From contig CAVTEA010000016.1 in the NCBI GenBank assembly GCA_963733615.1, positions 10,186 to 74,185 on the forward strand: a stretch of 64,000 nucleotides of DNA, given 5' to 3'. Below are positions 19,040 to 28,410 of the stretch, piece by piece. Origin of the DNA: an uncultured Actinomycetes bacterium (GTDB lineage: Bacteria > Actinomycetota > Actinomycetes > Mycobacteriales > Jatrophihabitantaceae). A program made the translations under genes and the position numbers. The notes below the pieces were generated by a model. It saw nothing but the letters and a program-made list of their open reading frames with translations, was not told the origin of the DNA and did no database searches. Each line of letters opens with the position of its first letter. Within the stretch, counting starts at the first letter, position 1.

Positions 19040-19202
19040 TCCTCGACGCTAACGCTCCGCCATCAGCACCGACGTCCCACCATGGGCCGACCCGCGATCC
19101 ATCCCCAGGAACGACAATGCGGGCCAGCTCCTGCACGAGAACGGCTCTGCAATCAACCGGCGGCCCGACGACAAAGCCACCCGAGCGCACCAGCGTAGAA
19201 TC

Positions 19203-19718
19203 ATGACGACAACCAGCCCATCACCCACAACCATCCAGCGCCGCTGGTCTCGCCCACTGGTCGCCGCCGCCTCGGCCGCGCTCCTGATCGGAATCATTTC
19301 CGGCGGCATCCAGTACCTGACCCGCTCTCCCGCTCATAGGCACCACTCAACCGGCACGGCCGCATGGCCCGTACACATCGTCCTGGCCGTCGCGCTGCTG
19401 ATCACCTCGCTGGCGCGCGGCTGGTCACTGCCGGCGACGCTCACCACCACCGCCGCTGCCCGGCTGCGCACCGCTGCCCGCCAGACGCCGGCACGACTCG
19501 TCCTGGCCGCACCGCTGATCGCACTCGTCCTCTACAACCTGTGGCGTGTCGGCGAGCAGGTACTGGCCGGCCTCGACCCCAACTTCACCGTCAACGCCTG
19601 GGGCGGGCCCACCTACCTCGGCGCGATGTTCTGCCACTACCTCGACGCCGCCCTGCTGACGGCTGCGGTGCTCATTCTGATCGACTGGCTGCTGCCCAAA
19701 CCGGGTCCGTCGCGGTAA
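19203..19718 (+). CDS. Hypothetical integral membrane protein (about 4 TM), divergent from the two-component system
   Basis: 171-aa ORF with alternating hydrophobic stretches (LVAAASAALLIGIISGGI, VHIVLAVALLITSL, LVLAAPLIALVLYNLW, AALLTAAVLILIDWLL). I recognise no family. Confidence 0.55.
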   Translation: MTTTSPSPTTIQRRWSRPLVAAASAALLIGIISGGIQYLTRSPAHRHHSTGTAAWPVHIVLAVALLITSLARGWSLPATLTTTAAARLRTAARQTPARLVLAAPLIALVLYNLWRVGEQVLAGLDPNFTVNAWGGPTYLGAMFCHYLDAALLTAAVLILIDWLLPKPGPSR

Positions 19719-20056
19719 CAATCAGCTCTTGAAGGTTCGGTGTCTCGCCGCGCCGGGTGAGGTCGCGCTGACGCCGAGTCGGATGGCAGATGCGTCCGAA
19801 GGTCGGACGCCTGCCTCCGATTCGGCGCAATCGATCCACCCGGACTCGTCCACGCACGAACCCAACACATACCTGGACACTCATGCTGAGACGTCGAGGG
19901 AGCCGTCGACTAGACATCTCGGCATCACACGAAGGCACAACCCGTCACCCGCAAGGCATCCGCGTTCAGGTCGGCGCTACCGCGATAGTGGGTCCGCTCG
20001 CGAAGAACTCCGATTGCAGCCTTCCCCTGCTCACCCGCAGGGCGTGTCAGATCGGG

Positions 20057-21762
20057 TGTGTAAGTGACGTGGACTGACTCTGAGTTCTAGCGACTCGGAA
20101 AGGGACCACGCGATGACTGACACTGAGATCGTGCCCCGTAAGCGTGATCGTGAGCCGGCGGATCGACGGCCGCTGGTCGACGCTGCGCTGGCCGACGAGC
20201 TGCTGGCGCGGGCGCAGACCGATGGGTGTCGAGCTGCTCGGCCCGGACGGGCTACTGAGCCAGGTGACCAAGTCGGTGCTCGAGCGGGCGCTGGCCGAGG
20301 AGATGACCGAGCACCTGGGCTATGACAAGCACGACCCGGCCGGGCGCGGGTCGGGCAACAGCCGCAACGGCGTCACCGGCAAGCGGCTGTTGACCGAGAT
20401 CGGCGGCATCGACCTAGAGGTGCCCCGCGACCGCGCCGGCAGCTTCAGCCCGCAGATCGTGCGCCAGGGCCAGACCCGCCTGGACGGGTTCAACGACCGC
20501 ATCATCGCCTTGTATGCGCGCGGATTGACCACCCGCGACATCCGGGCGCATCTGCGCGAGATGTATGACGTGGACGTCTCGCCGGACCTGATCAGCCGGG
20601 TGACCGATGCGGTGCTCGAGGAGCTGCAGGACTGGCAGGCGCGTCCGCTGGATCGGGTCTATCCGGTGGTGTTCATCGACGCGCTGATGGTCAAGATCCG
20701 CGACGGTGTTGTCGCGAACCGGCCGGTGTATCTGGCGATCGGGATCGACTGCGACGGCGCGAAGAACGTGCTCGGGCTGTGGGTCGGGCCGAGCACCGGA
20801 GAGCCGAGCAAGTTCTGGCTCACCGTGCTCTCGGAGCTCAAGAGCCGCGGCGTGGCTGACGTGTGCATCGTGTGCTGCGACGGGCTGACCGGCCTGCCCG
20901 ACGCCATCGGGGTGGTCTGGCCGCAAGCGGTCGTGCAGCTGCGCGTCGTGCATCTGATCCGGGCTTGGCTGCGGTATGCCTCGAAGAAGGACTGGGGCGC
21001 GCTGACCAAGGATCTGCGGCTGATCTATACCGCCGTCGACGAGCAGGCCGCAGAAGCCGCGCTCGACACCTTCGAGCAGCGCTGGGCCCAGCGCTACCCG
21101 ACAATCGTGAACCTCTGGCGCAGCCACTGGGTCGAGTTCGTCCCGTTCCTGGCGTTCCCCCCTGAGGTGCGTCGCGTGGTTTATACGACGGATGAAAGTG
21201 TCAACAGTGCCGGCGTCCCAGATGGTCTTGTGCCTTGTGGTCCGCGCCCACCGCCGCTGCCGGGTCCTGCGGCCCGCAGCCGCGGTCAAGGTGGAGCCCC
21301 CGGCGAAGCGACACCCACGGATCCGCGCGCAGCGCAACCGGGCAGGTCGCAGGGGCGGCCAAGTACTAACACGGGCTCGCGGCCCATCGAACAAGAACGG
21401 CCTGCCCACCCTGCTTCACTCCCGGTGTCCCTGTCCCGGACGGTCGCACCGTATGCCGACACAGCAACACCCACCAGGGGCGAGAGGCCGACGGAACCGG
21501 CGGCACCGACACCTTCATACCGGTTACGAATCTGATCGAGTCGATGAACGCCCGGCTGCGCAAGGTAACCCGCAACCGCGGGCAGTTCCCCACCGAGCAG
21601 GCCGCGCTGAAAGTGCTCTACCTCGCCGTGCGCAACCTCGATGAGTACCGCGGTCCGACGGTCGGGACAAGAAGCTCGGGCTGGAAACAAGCACTCCAAG
21701 CGTTCACGATCTACTTCGAGGGACGCATCCCCACACCATGACCGCCACGATCACTTACACAG
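20057..21762 (+). mobile_element. IS256-family insertion sequence (copy 1); the transposase is frameshifted near its 5' end and interrupted by a ~335-bp insert
   Basis: Terminal inverted repeats are TGTGTAAGTGACGTGG (about 20057) and CCACGATCACTTACACAG (about 21745-21762). Transposase pieces are ORF 20113.. (MTDTEIVPRK...), ORF 20144..21535 (GLLSQVTKSVLERALAEEMTEHLGYDKHD...VVYTT) and ORF 21544..21741 (NARLRKVTRNRGQFPTEQAALKVLYLA). Confidence 0.85.
21191..21525. mobile_element. MITE-like non-autonomous insert (~335 bp) with imperfect ~24-bp terminal inverted repeats, inside the IS256 transposase gene
   Basis: It splits the conserved IS256 motif VVYTT|NLIESMNARLRK. The left end is GATGAAAGTGTCAACAGTGCCGGCG. 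The reverse complement of the right end is GTATGAAGGTGTCGGTGCCGCCG. There is no credible ORF inside. Confidence 0.55.
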
Positions 21763-21892
21763 ACGGTCAGTTGTGTCCAAGCCCGTGGTGTTTGATCTTC
21801 GCTCGCTGCTGAGCGTGGCGTCGAGATGTGAGACGGCCACCGCGTGATCCTTCACGAGATCCGACCAAGGTTCCCGAGCGAGGAGCAACGCG

Positions 21893-22664
21893 ATGACCGC
21901 ACCACCCAGTATCGACCCGTCTGGCTGGCTCACCGAGCAGCTGGCCGAGGCGAGTCCGGATCTTCTCCGGCAGATGATCACTACGTTCGTGCAGGCGCTG
22001 ATGGGCGCCGAGGCCGACGCCGTGTGCGGCGCCGAGTACGGGCGCGCGCAGCGACGAGGGAACACCCGCAACGGCTACCGACGCCGGGACTGGGACACCC
22101 GCGCGGGCACGATCGAGCTGGCGATCCCGAAACTGCGCGCAGGTTCGTACTTCCCGGAGTGGCTGCTCGAGCGCCGCAAGCGGGCCGAGGCCGCGCTGGT
22201 CAGCGTCGTGGCGACTTGCTACCTGCTCGGTGTCAGCACGCGGCGGATGGAGAAGCTGGTCGAGACCTTGGGGATCACGCAGGCTGTCGAAGTCGCAGGT
22301 CTCGATCATGGCGAAGGATCTTGACGAGCAGGTCGCGGCGTTCCGCACCCGACCGCTCGGCGACTCGGGGCCGTTCACGTTCGTCGCGGCTGACGCGTTG
22401 ACGATGAAGGTCCGCGAAAACGGCCGGCTGGTCAACGCCGTCGTCCTGGTCGCGACCGGCGTCAATGCCGACGGGCACCGCGAAGTGCTCGGGGTGAAGG
22501 TCGCGACCAGTGAGACGAAGGAGGCGTGGAACGTGTTCTTCGCCGACCTGGTCGCCCGCGGCCTGACCGGGGTCAAGCTGGTCACCTCTGATGCTCACCG
22601 GGGTCTGGTCGAGGCGATCGCGGCCAACCTGCCCGGCACCACCTGGCAGCGGTGTCGCACCCAC
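21893..22664 (+). pseudogene. IS256-family transposase (copy 2), N-terminal two-thirds, with one frameshift and then a split by the ISAzo13-like element
   Basis: ORFs 21893..22324 and 22230..22667 read LLRQMITTFVQALMGAEADAVCGAEYG...RRDWDTRAGTIELAIPKLRAGSYFPEWLLERRKRAE...DAHRGLVEAIAANLPGTTWQRCRTH and end exactly at the inserted element. Confidence 0.85.
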
Positions 22665-22684
22665 TGAAGTCGTAAGAGAACAAC

Positions 22685-24481
22685 GTGTTGCTTTCGATCT
22701 TGGAACTCGTTGGTGTTGGTATGCGCTTCCCCGACGAGGTCTTGTCTCAGCTCGCGTTGAGGTTCCGGGTGTTGTTGCCGCATCTGAACGAGCGGCAGCG
22801 GCGTCTTGTGCTGGCGCAGGAGGCGCGGCTGCTTGGGCACGGCGGGGTGCGGACGGTGGCACGGGTGGCCGGGGTCAGCGAGACCACGGTCCGCAGCGGG
22901 GTGTTCGAGTTGGCGGCTGGTGGTGATCCGCTGCCCGATGGCCGGGTCAGAGTGCCCGGTGGAGGTCGCAAGCCCGCCGAGGATCAGGACTCGGATCTCG
23001 TGCCGGCATTGCTGACCTTGGTGGAGCCGGATGAGCGCGGGGATCCGATGTCGCCGCTGCGCTGGACTACCAAGTCGCTGCGCAATCTGGCCGAGGAGCT
23101 GACCCGGCAAGGCCATCCGGTCTCCGCACCCACCGTGGGCCGGCTGTTGAAGGAACAGGGCTTCAGCCTGCAGGCCAACGCCAAGACGCTGGAAGGCAAG
23201 CAGCACCCGGACAGGGACGCTCAGTTCCGCTACATCAACGAGCAGGCCAAGGCCCATCAGGCCGACGGGCAGCCGGTGATCAGCGTGGATACGAAGAAGA
23301 AGGAACACCTCGGTGACCTGCCCAACTCCGGCCGCCAGTGGCGTCCCCAGGGCGATCCGGTCCGGGTCGAGGACCACAGCTTCTTCCTGACCGGCCCGGA
23401 CGTCCCCCACGCCATCCCCTACGGAATCTACGATCTGGCCGGCGACCGCGGCTGGGTCAACGTCGGGGTGGATCACGACACCTCGGCCTTCGCGGTCGCC
23501 TCGATCCGGCGATGGTGGAGCGCCCGCGGAGCGGGTGACTACCCGGGCGCGTCCCGGCTGCTGATCACCGCGGATTGCGGTGGCTCCAACAGCTACCGCT
23601 ACCGGTTGTGGAAGGCCGAACTGGCCGACTTCGCCGCCGAGACCGGGCTGGCCGTCACGGTCTGCCACTTCCCTCCGGGAACAAGCAAGTGGAACAAGAT
23701 CGAGCACCGACTGTTCTCGCACATCACTATGAACTGGCGTGGCAGACCCCTGACCAGCCATGAGGTCGTCGTCAACAGCATCGCCGCCACCCGCTCCCGC
23801 ACCGGGCTGCGGGTCGAGGCCGCCCTGGACACCGGCGCCTACCCGCTGGGCGTGTCGGTCAGCACCGAACACATGAGCATGCTGCCGATCACACCCCACG
23901 CCGAGCGCGGCGCCTGGAACTACACGATCGGCCCAGACGCTCCCCACGCACGCCTGTCCGCGCCCGACGATCGGCAGCTCATCCGATCACGCGCCTTGGA
24001 CACGCTGGCCGACCCGCGCCTGACCGGCATGAACCGCGAGCAGCTGACCGAGCTGGCCGCGGCCCTGGCCCCAGCACAGGCCGCCCGCGCCGAACAGCGC
24101 TACTTCGAACAGCGCGGCGGCCCGCGCCGCAAAGCCAAGGCCAACCACGGCCGGCCCCTGCTCACCGACGCCGACAAGGTCCTGCTCACCATCGTCTACC
24201 AGCGCCAGATCTGCTCCCAGACCGTCCTGTCCGAGATGCTCGAAATCAGCCAGCCTCCGATCGGGCAGGCGATCGCCGAGACCGGCAAGCTGCTGGCCGC
24301 GCACAGACACACGATCGCACCCACCGTCCTGCGGTTCACCAGCGCCGACGCGCTTCGCCAATTCCTCGCCACCGACACCATGCCCGCACGCCCGAACCGG
24401 CGGGAGAGGCTGGCAGATCCGGTGCTAACCGGGATGAGCCGAGATGACCTGGCAAAACTGATCGAACGGCTCTCCCGGTGA
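22685..24481 (+). CDS. ISAzo13-family (Rhodopirellula-type DDE) transposase with a C-terminal HTH_Tnp_4-like extension; the start is possibly the ATG at 22721
   Basis: Family pattern LNERQRRLVLAQEARLLGHGGV...DERGDPMSPLRWTTKS...ISVDTKKKEHLGD...GIYDL...ITADCGGSNSYRYRLWK...HFPPGTSKWNKIEHRLFSHI. About 160 extra C-terminal residues follow (LTGMNREQLTELAAAL...). Confidence 0.85.
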   Translation: MLLSILELVGVGMRFPDEVLSQLALRFRVLLPHLNERQRRLVLAQEARLLGHGGVRTVARVAGVSETTVRSGVFELAAGGDPLPDGRVRVPGGGRKPAEDQDSDLVPALLTLVEPDERGDPMSPLRWTTKSLRNLAEELTRQGHPVSAPTVGRLLKEQGFSLQANAKTLEGKQHPDRDAQFRYINEQAKAHQADGQPVISVDTKKKEHLGDLPNSGRQWRPQGDPVRVEDHSFFLTGPDVPHAIPYGIYDLAGDRGWVNVGVDHDTSAFAVASIRRWWSARGAGDYPGASRLLITADCGGSNSYRYRLWKAELADFAAETGLAVTVCHFPPGTSKWNKIEHRLFSHITMNWRGRPLTSHEVVVNSIAATRSRTGLRVEAALDTGAYPLGVSVSTEHMSMLPITPHAERGAWNYTIGPDAPHARLSAPDDRQLIRSRALDTLADPRLTGMNREQLTELAAALAPAQAARAEQRYFEQRGGPRRKAKANHGRPLLTDADKVLLTIVYQRQICSQTVLSEMLEISQPPIGQAIAETGKLLAAHRHTIAPTVLRFTSADALRQFLATDTMPARPNRRERLADPVLTGMSRDDLAKLIERLSR

Positions 24482-24820
24482 CAAGCCGCGGAAGCCGAAC
24501 AGCGCAAACACCGCCAGCGCGGTGGCGACCGGCAGACCAGAGCCCGTGGCGGCATCTTCTACGAGAAGATCACCGATGCCGAGCGCGTCCTGGCGACAAT
24601 CCTGTGCCTGCGCAAGGTCTGCAGCCGCGACGTGCTGGCCGAACTGTTCAACGTGAGCCGACGCACCATCGGCAACGCCCTCACCTGGGTCCGCCCGCTG
24701 CTGGAGGACGACGGATACACGATCACCCACTCCGCAACGCGATACTCCAAGACCACCGAGATCCTCAACGCCCTCACACCGCACCAAGACACGCCACACG
24801 CCCCGGAAATGACAGGTTGA
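24482..24820 (+). other. In-frame continuation of the ISAzo13-like transposase ORF after a single TGA (24479-24481); encodes a second HTH_Tnp_4-like module
   Basis: The frame is the same as 22685..24481, with no further stop until 24820. The peptide ...FYEKITDAERVLATILCLRKVCSRDVLAELFNVSRRTIGNALTWVRPLLEDDGYTI parallels the module just upstream. Confidence 0.6.
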
Positions 24821-24835
24821 ATCCTTACGACTTCA

Positions 24836-25065
24836 CTACGCCGCCAACCTCATGTCGGTCTGCCCCAAGGCCGCATGGCCGGCGTGAAGACGATGCGGCA
24901 CTCCGTCTATGACCAGCCCGACGCCGAAGCCGTGCACGCCCAGTTCGACAAGATGCTCGACACGATGGCCGAGCTCGCTGCCGGCGGTGGCCTGCCACCT
25001 CGACACCGCTCGCGCCGACGTGCTCGCCTGCACCAGCTTCCCGAAAGAGATCTGGCGCCAGAGTC
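24836..25065 (+). pseudogene. IS256-family transposase (copy 2), distal fragment, frameshifted and truncated at about 25065
   Basis: YAANLMSVCPKAAWP, VKTMRHSVYDQPDAEAVHAQFDKMLDTMAE and LPAVACHLDTARADVLACTSFPKEIWRQ are read in two frames. The conserved IS256 C-terminus is missing. Confidence 0.75.
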
Positions 25066-25514
25066 CACGAGCGGCGGATCACGTCAGATCGGCCGCCGCG
25101 CTCGCGCGCTTCGCGGTCGACTCGCCAGACCTGACGGATGAGCATCGTCGGCAGTTACTGAACAACGCCGTCTGGTACTTGTCCGAGGCCGGCGGCAAGT
25201 ACGCCACGCGTTATCGAAGTGCGGGAGTGCTATCCCTCGAGGCACATGCCCCGCTGGCGAAGTGGCGGTCAGAGCTGCGCCACGATCACGTGACAACACG
25301 ACGATCGACCCTGGCGCGTCTTACCTCTCCGAGTGCTGACGTCGAGGAAATTCTGCGCTCGGTGGTCTCGTGCACGGTGACGAAGATGGAGCATGAGCGG
25401 CTAACTCAGTTCGATGAAACCTGCGAAGGCTGGGATCGATACATCGCCGCACGGGTCGACGTCTACGACATGGCAACCGGCGCCCTATTCATCCGCAACG
25501 GCATGCGCGCCTGA
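25066..25514 (+). CDS. Orphan C-terminal ~145 aa of an unknown protein, fused in-frame to the IS256 remnant (chimeric ORF 24909..25514)
   Basis: After FPKEIWRQ the ORF switches to unrelated sequence (DSPDLTDEHRRQLLNNAVWYLSEAGGKYATRY...SELRHDHVTTRRSTL...VVSCTVTKMEHERLTQFDETCEGWDRYIAARVDVYD). I recognise no family. Confidence 0.35.
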
Positions 25515-25639
25515 GCAAGCCATATCGTTCATGTGTGCGGACCGCTCGCGTTTCGCGGCGCGCGGGCAGGCGTCATTATGTTGCACAGGACGGCGGCGTG
25601 ACCGTGCTGCCAATCTGTCGGCGCACTCCCGCGCCCCGG

Positions 25640-26230
25640 TCAGCGCCCGCGTTGTCCGCCGAGACCCGGAAGGACTTGGGTGCCCTCGACGCGAACGACG
25701 GTCAGCGCGGTCGGGTCGAGGCCGAGGATGGAGAGGATCGTCGGCGCGACCTGGGTGGTCTCGACCGGGTTGGACTGGACCTGGGCCGGGATGTGCGGGC
25801 CGTTGATAACCATCAGGACGTGCCGGTCGTCGGTGTTCATGCCACTGTGTTCGGCGAGATTGGTCGGCTTCGCGTACACGATGCCTTCCTGGACTTTGCC
25901 GAAGATGTCGGGGTAGCGGGCCGTCGTCGAACGGGACGGCGAAGAAGTTGGCGGCGTCAGTGCCGGCCCAGATCTGGGCCAGGCCCGAGTGCTGGACGGT
26001 GACCGGGTTCTTGTTGACGTCGTAGCCCTGCGCGGTGTGGTCCCCACAGGTAGCTCTTGACGAAATCGCACGCAGCCTGTGATTTGTCCGACAGGTAGGA
26101 CTGCCACAGGTCGTTGTCGGTCCCGGCGACGATCAGGTTCGTGTTGCTCGGGTGCGTCTGCGCCCGGGTGGTGTTGATCGCGTTGATGATCGGGCCGTCC
26201 TGGACCGTGATGAGCTTGTTCGGATCGGAC
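25640..26230 (-). pseudogene. Alkaline phosphatase-superfamily (phosphodiesterase/nucleotide pyrophosphatase-like) protein, C-terminal fragment with a frameshift
   Basis: Two frames carry SDPNKLITVQDGPIINAINTTRAQTHPSNTNLIVAGTDNDLWQSYL and YPDIFGKVQEGIVYAKPTNLAEHSGMNTDDRHVLMVINGPHI...VETTQVAPTILSILGLDPTAL. The N-terminal catalytic part is absent. Confidence 0.5.
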
Positions 26231-26239
26231 GCTGCTTGT

Positions 26240-26752
26240 CGTGGGTGCATTGCGGTGGCTGGCGGAGCGACCCAGCCGCGAGGACAACCGTGCGGACACC
26301 GCACCGGCGAGCGCGCCACACACGACGATCGCGGCGGCGGCAGGGGCAGGCGGTTTGACGGCCATGCAGAACACGATGCCGGCGCCGAGCCCCGCTCTGA
26401 TTAGCACCGCGTTCCACATTCGCGGGTGTCGAAGGCGCGCGGTGACGGTAGGCGAGAGCTTGCCGTGCTCGCCTTCTACCAGGGCGTGCATTGTGCGAAG
26501 CTCACGACCGGTCAGTGGCTCGCCGAGCACGACGTAGGCTTTCCACCCGACTAGCCCAACGATGATCCAGCCCTGCCAAGACCAGGCGTCCACTGCGAGG
26601 TAGATGCCAGCACCGAGGACGGCCAGCCGAGCCCACGGTCCAATGGCCGCGGATATCTCCAGGGTGCGGATCCAGGCGCGGGCGGCTGCCGCTGACTCGG
26701 TGGCGCACAGGCCACTGACGCCCAACCAGTCAGCGGTGAGGCTGGCGAACAT
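26240..26752 (-). CDS. Hypothetical membrane protein fragment; ATG at 26752; the C-terminus runs into the phosphatase remnant
   Basis: Internal segment of chimeric ORF 25640..27052: MFASLTADWLGVSGL...LAVLGAGIYLAVDAWSWQGWIIVGLVGWKAYVVLG...AGLGAGIVFCMAV...AAAIVVCGALAGAV. No family recognised. Confidence 0.3.
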
Positions 26753-27258
26753 CAGGATCCCACAGCCGTTCCGTTGTGGGGTCCCAGACGGCGCCGTGCG
26801 AGGTATTGAGTGCGTAGTCCGCGTGGCAGTAGCTCGGCCGAATGCAGATTGTCGGCGTAAGGCACCAGGGTCGCCCAGATCTTGTGTCCCGTCGTCCAGT
26901 CCACGATCGCGGCCATGTCGTACTGCGCGACGTTGCCGGGCTGCGCTCCAGTGACAACCAGGCGGGACGAGCCCTTGCGTAACTTGAAGTCGCTCCATCG
27001 AGTCGCCGAGATCTCGTTGCTGCTGAATCCCTCGGCGGACGTGGGCAGCCATGTCCGCTCGATCGCAGAGGGACTGTTCCGGTCCGTCGCCGATGGATCG
27101 AAGACGATCAGCTGGCCGGACGCTTGGTCACCCCCGATGATCGGGTAGTCAGTCGGGTCGGCGCTCACCGAGGTCGACGCGACGCCCGTGCCGACGACGC
27201 TTGCGGCCGGGCCGCTTGGCCAGACTTCAGACCCGCAGCACCTCGACTCCGTGGGCAA
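26752..27258 (-). pseudogene. Truncated third copy (N-terminal half only) of the uncharacterised family also encoded at 37749..38633 and 38661..39674
   Basis: SADPTDYPIIGGDQASGQLIVFDPSATD...WLPTSAEGFSS...YADNLHSAELLP aligns with DPQGN..AADQATGQILLLDPTVPD...WQPIEANGFSA...PNAHYAELLP of 38661... Similarity is lost right after AELLP. There is no convincing signal peptide. Confidence 0.55.
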
Positions 27259-28015
27259 TGAACTTCTCAGCGATCTCCTCCGTCGTGCCAGTGTCCGTGA
27301 TCAAGACGTGCACATCCGAGAGATCGCAGATGCGCGCGAACGCCCGGTTGAGCAGCTTGGTGCTATCGGCCACGACGACGACCCGTCGAGCTCGGCTGGT
27401 CATCACGTGGTTGATGTTGGCTTCGTCCTCGTTATCTGCAGAAGCGCCGCTCTCGTCAAGGCCGTCGACGCCGAGGAAGACGATGTCCAGCGTGAGCTCG
27501 CTCATGACGCGGCTCGCGAGCGGTCCCACAAGTTCGTACGATTGCGCTCGTGCCGAACCGCCGGTCACGATGATCTTCACGTTCGGGCGCACGGTCAGCT
27601 CGTTGGCGATGTTGACCGCGTTGGTCACAACCGTCACGCTGCGGGACTTTGAGGCGTGCGAGTTATCCGGGCTCACCTTGCCGGCGATCGCGCGGGCTAC
27701 CTCGGTGGTCGTGGTGCCGCCGTTGAGACCGATGACGGCCGCTTGGCCAGCGAGATCGGCAGCAGCGGCACCGATCCGTTGCTTCTCGGTTGCGTGGCGC
27801 GCTGTCTTGTAACGCAGTGGAAGGTCGTACGCGACGCTGTTGGCGATGGCGCCGCCGTGGGTACGGGTCAGCATCTGCTGGTTCTCCAGATGATCGAGGT
27901 CGCGGCGAATCGTCGCGGACGAGACCTGGCTCTCGCTCGCGACTGTCTCGACGTCAATGCGTCCGGTGCGTGCCAAGACCTCGAGTAACCAACTGAGTCG
28001 CTCTTCCCGATTCAC
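27227..28015 (-). CDS. DeoR-family transcriptional regulator (GlpR-like)
   Basis: GTG at 28015 (in frame within track ORF 27227..28342). The HTH is RLSWLLEVLARTGRIDVETVASESQVSSATIRRDLDHLENQQMLTRTHGGA, followed by a DeoR C-terminal sugar-phosphate sensor domain. Confidence 0.85.
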   Translation of the reverse strand: MNREERLSWLLEVLARTGRIDVETVASESQVSSATIRRDLDHLENQQMLTRTHGGAIANSVAYDLPLRYKTARHATEKQRIGAAAADLAGQAAVIGLNGGTTTTEVARAIAGKVSPDNSHASKSRSVTVVTNAVNIANELTVRPNVKIIVTGGSARAQSYELVGPLASRVMSELTLDIVFLGVDGLDESGASADNEDEANINHVMTSRARRVVVVADSTKLLNRAFARICDLSDVHVLITDTGTTEEIAEKFIAHGVEVLRV

Positions 28016-28410
28016 AGCTGACCCTTCAATAGGTGGATCTGCGCTCGCCGTGTGTGGGCGCAGCGCGGGCGTCACCCCATCGTCGTGTCTATCACGACTG
28101 CGAGCTTTCGCTGGGCTATCCCGTGAGCAGGGGCGCGAAACGGCCGATACCTTGCCGCCTGGCGCAAGATATTGCATGATTACCGGAGAGAACGCGCGTA
28201 TATGCGCATCGACTCCAAAGGGAGGAAGGTGCTCGTTCGTGGGACCCGCGACGTTCGTCGAGGCCGAGGTCGACAGCCATAGGGAGTGTTGGATCCAAGC
28301 GGTCGGCGAGACTCGACGCCTCACCGGTTTCGACCCTCTCACCGTGAGCGCAGGGTCGTCCCGGGTGGGACCGGGCCGTCTCGTTTCGGCCGAACATCTA
28401 TAGGGAGCGC

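Larger units (their letters stand above)
22665..24835 (+). mobile_element. ISAzo13-like insertion sequence nested in IS256 copy 2
   Basis: Terminal inverted repeats are TGAAGTCGTAAG (22665) and CTTACGACTTCA (ending at 24835). The flanks rejoin the IS256 reading frame (..WQRCRTH | YAANLMSVCPK..). Confidence 0.8.

Noticed and set aside
19720-20056. Possible gene or small RNA in the 340-bp gap between the membrane protein and IS256 copy 1
   Set aside because: Only short ORFs with no recognisable motifs are present on either strand. There is no clear promoter/terminator pair or conserved-looking structure. It is probably eroded sequence.
24479-24481. In-frame TGA in the ISAzo13-like transposase as a selenocysteine or programmed recoding site
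   Set aside because: I see no SECIS-like hairpin immediately downstream. Nothing else suggests selenoprotein machinery. A nonsense mutation or simple leaky readthrough is more parsimonious. It is kept only as a note within the finding.
25640-27052. 470-aa minus-strand ORF
   Set aside because: It is a read-through across three unrelated remnants: an out-of-frame part of the paralog fragment, a membrane-protein fragment and a phosphatase tail. It is not a single gene.
28080-28097. Small inverted repeat GTCGTG-tctat-CACGAC and half-site-like GTCGACA...TGTTGGA (about 28270-28300) in the DeoR/DUF4091 divergent region as DeoR operators
   Set aside because: The arms are short, and the spacing differs from the strong palindrome at 32230. 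The match to GTCAAC-N5-GTTGAC is imperfect. This is insufficient to call.
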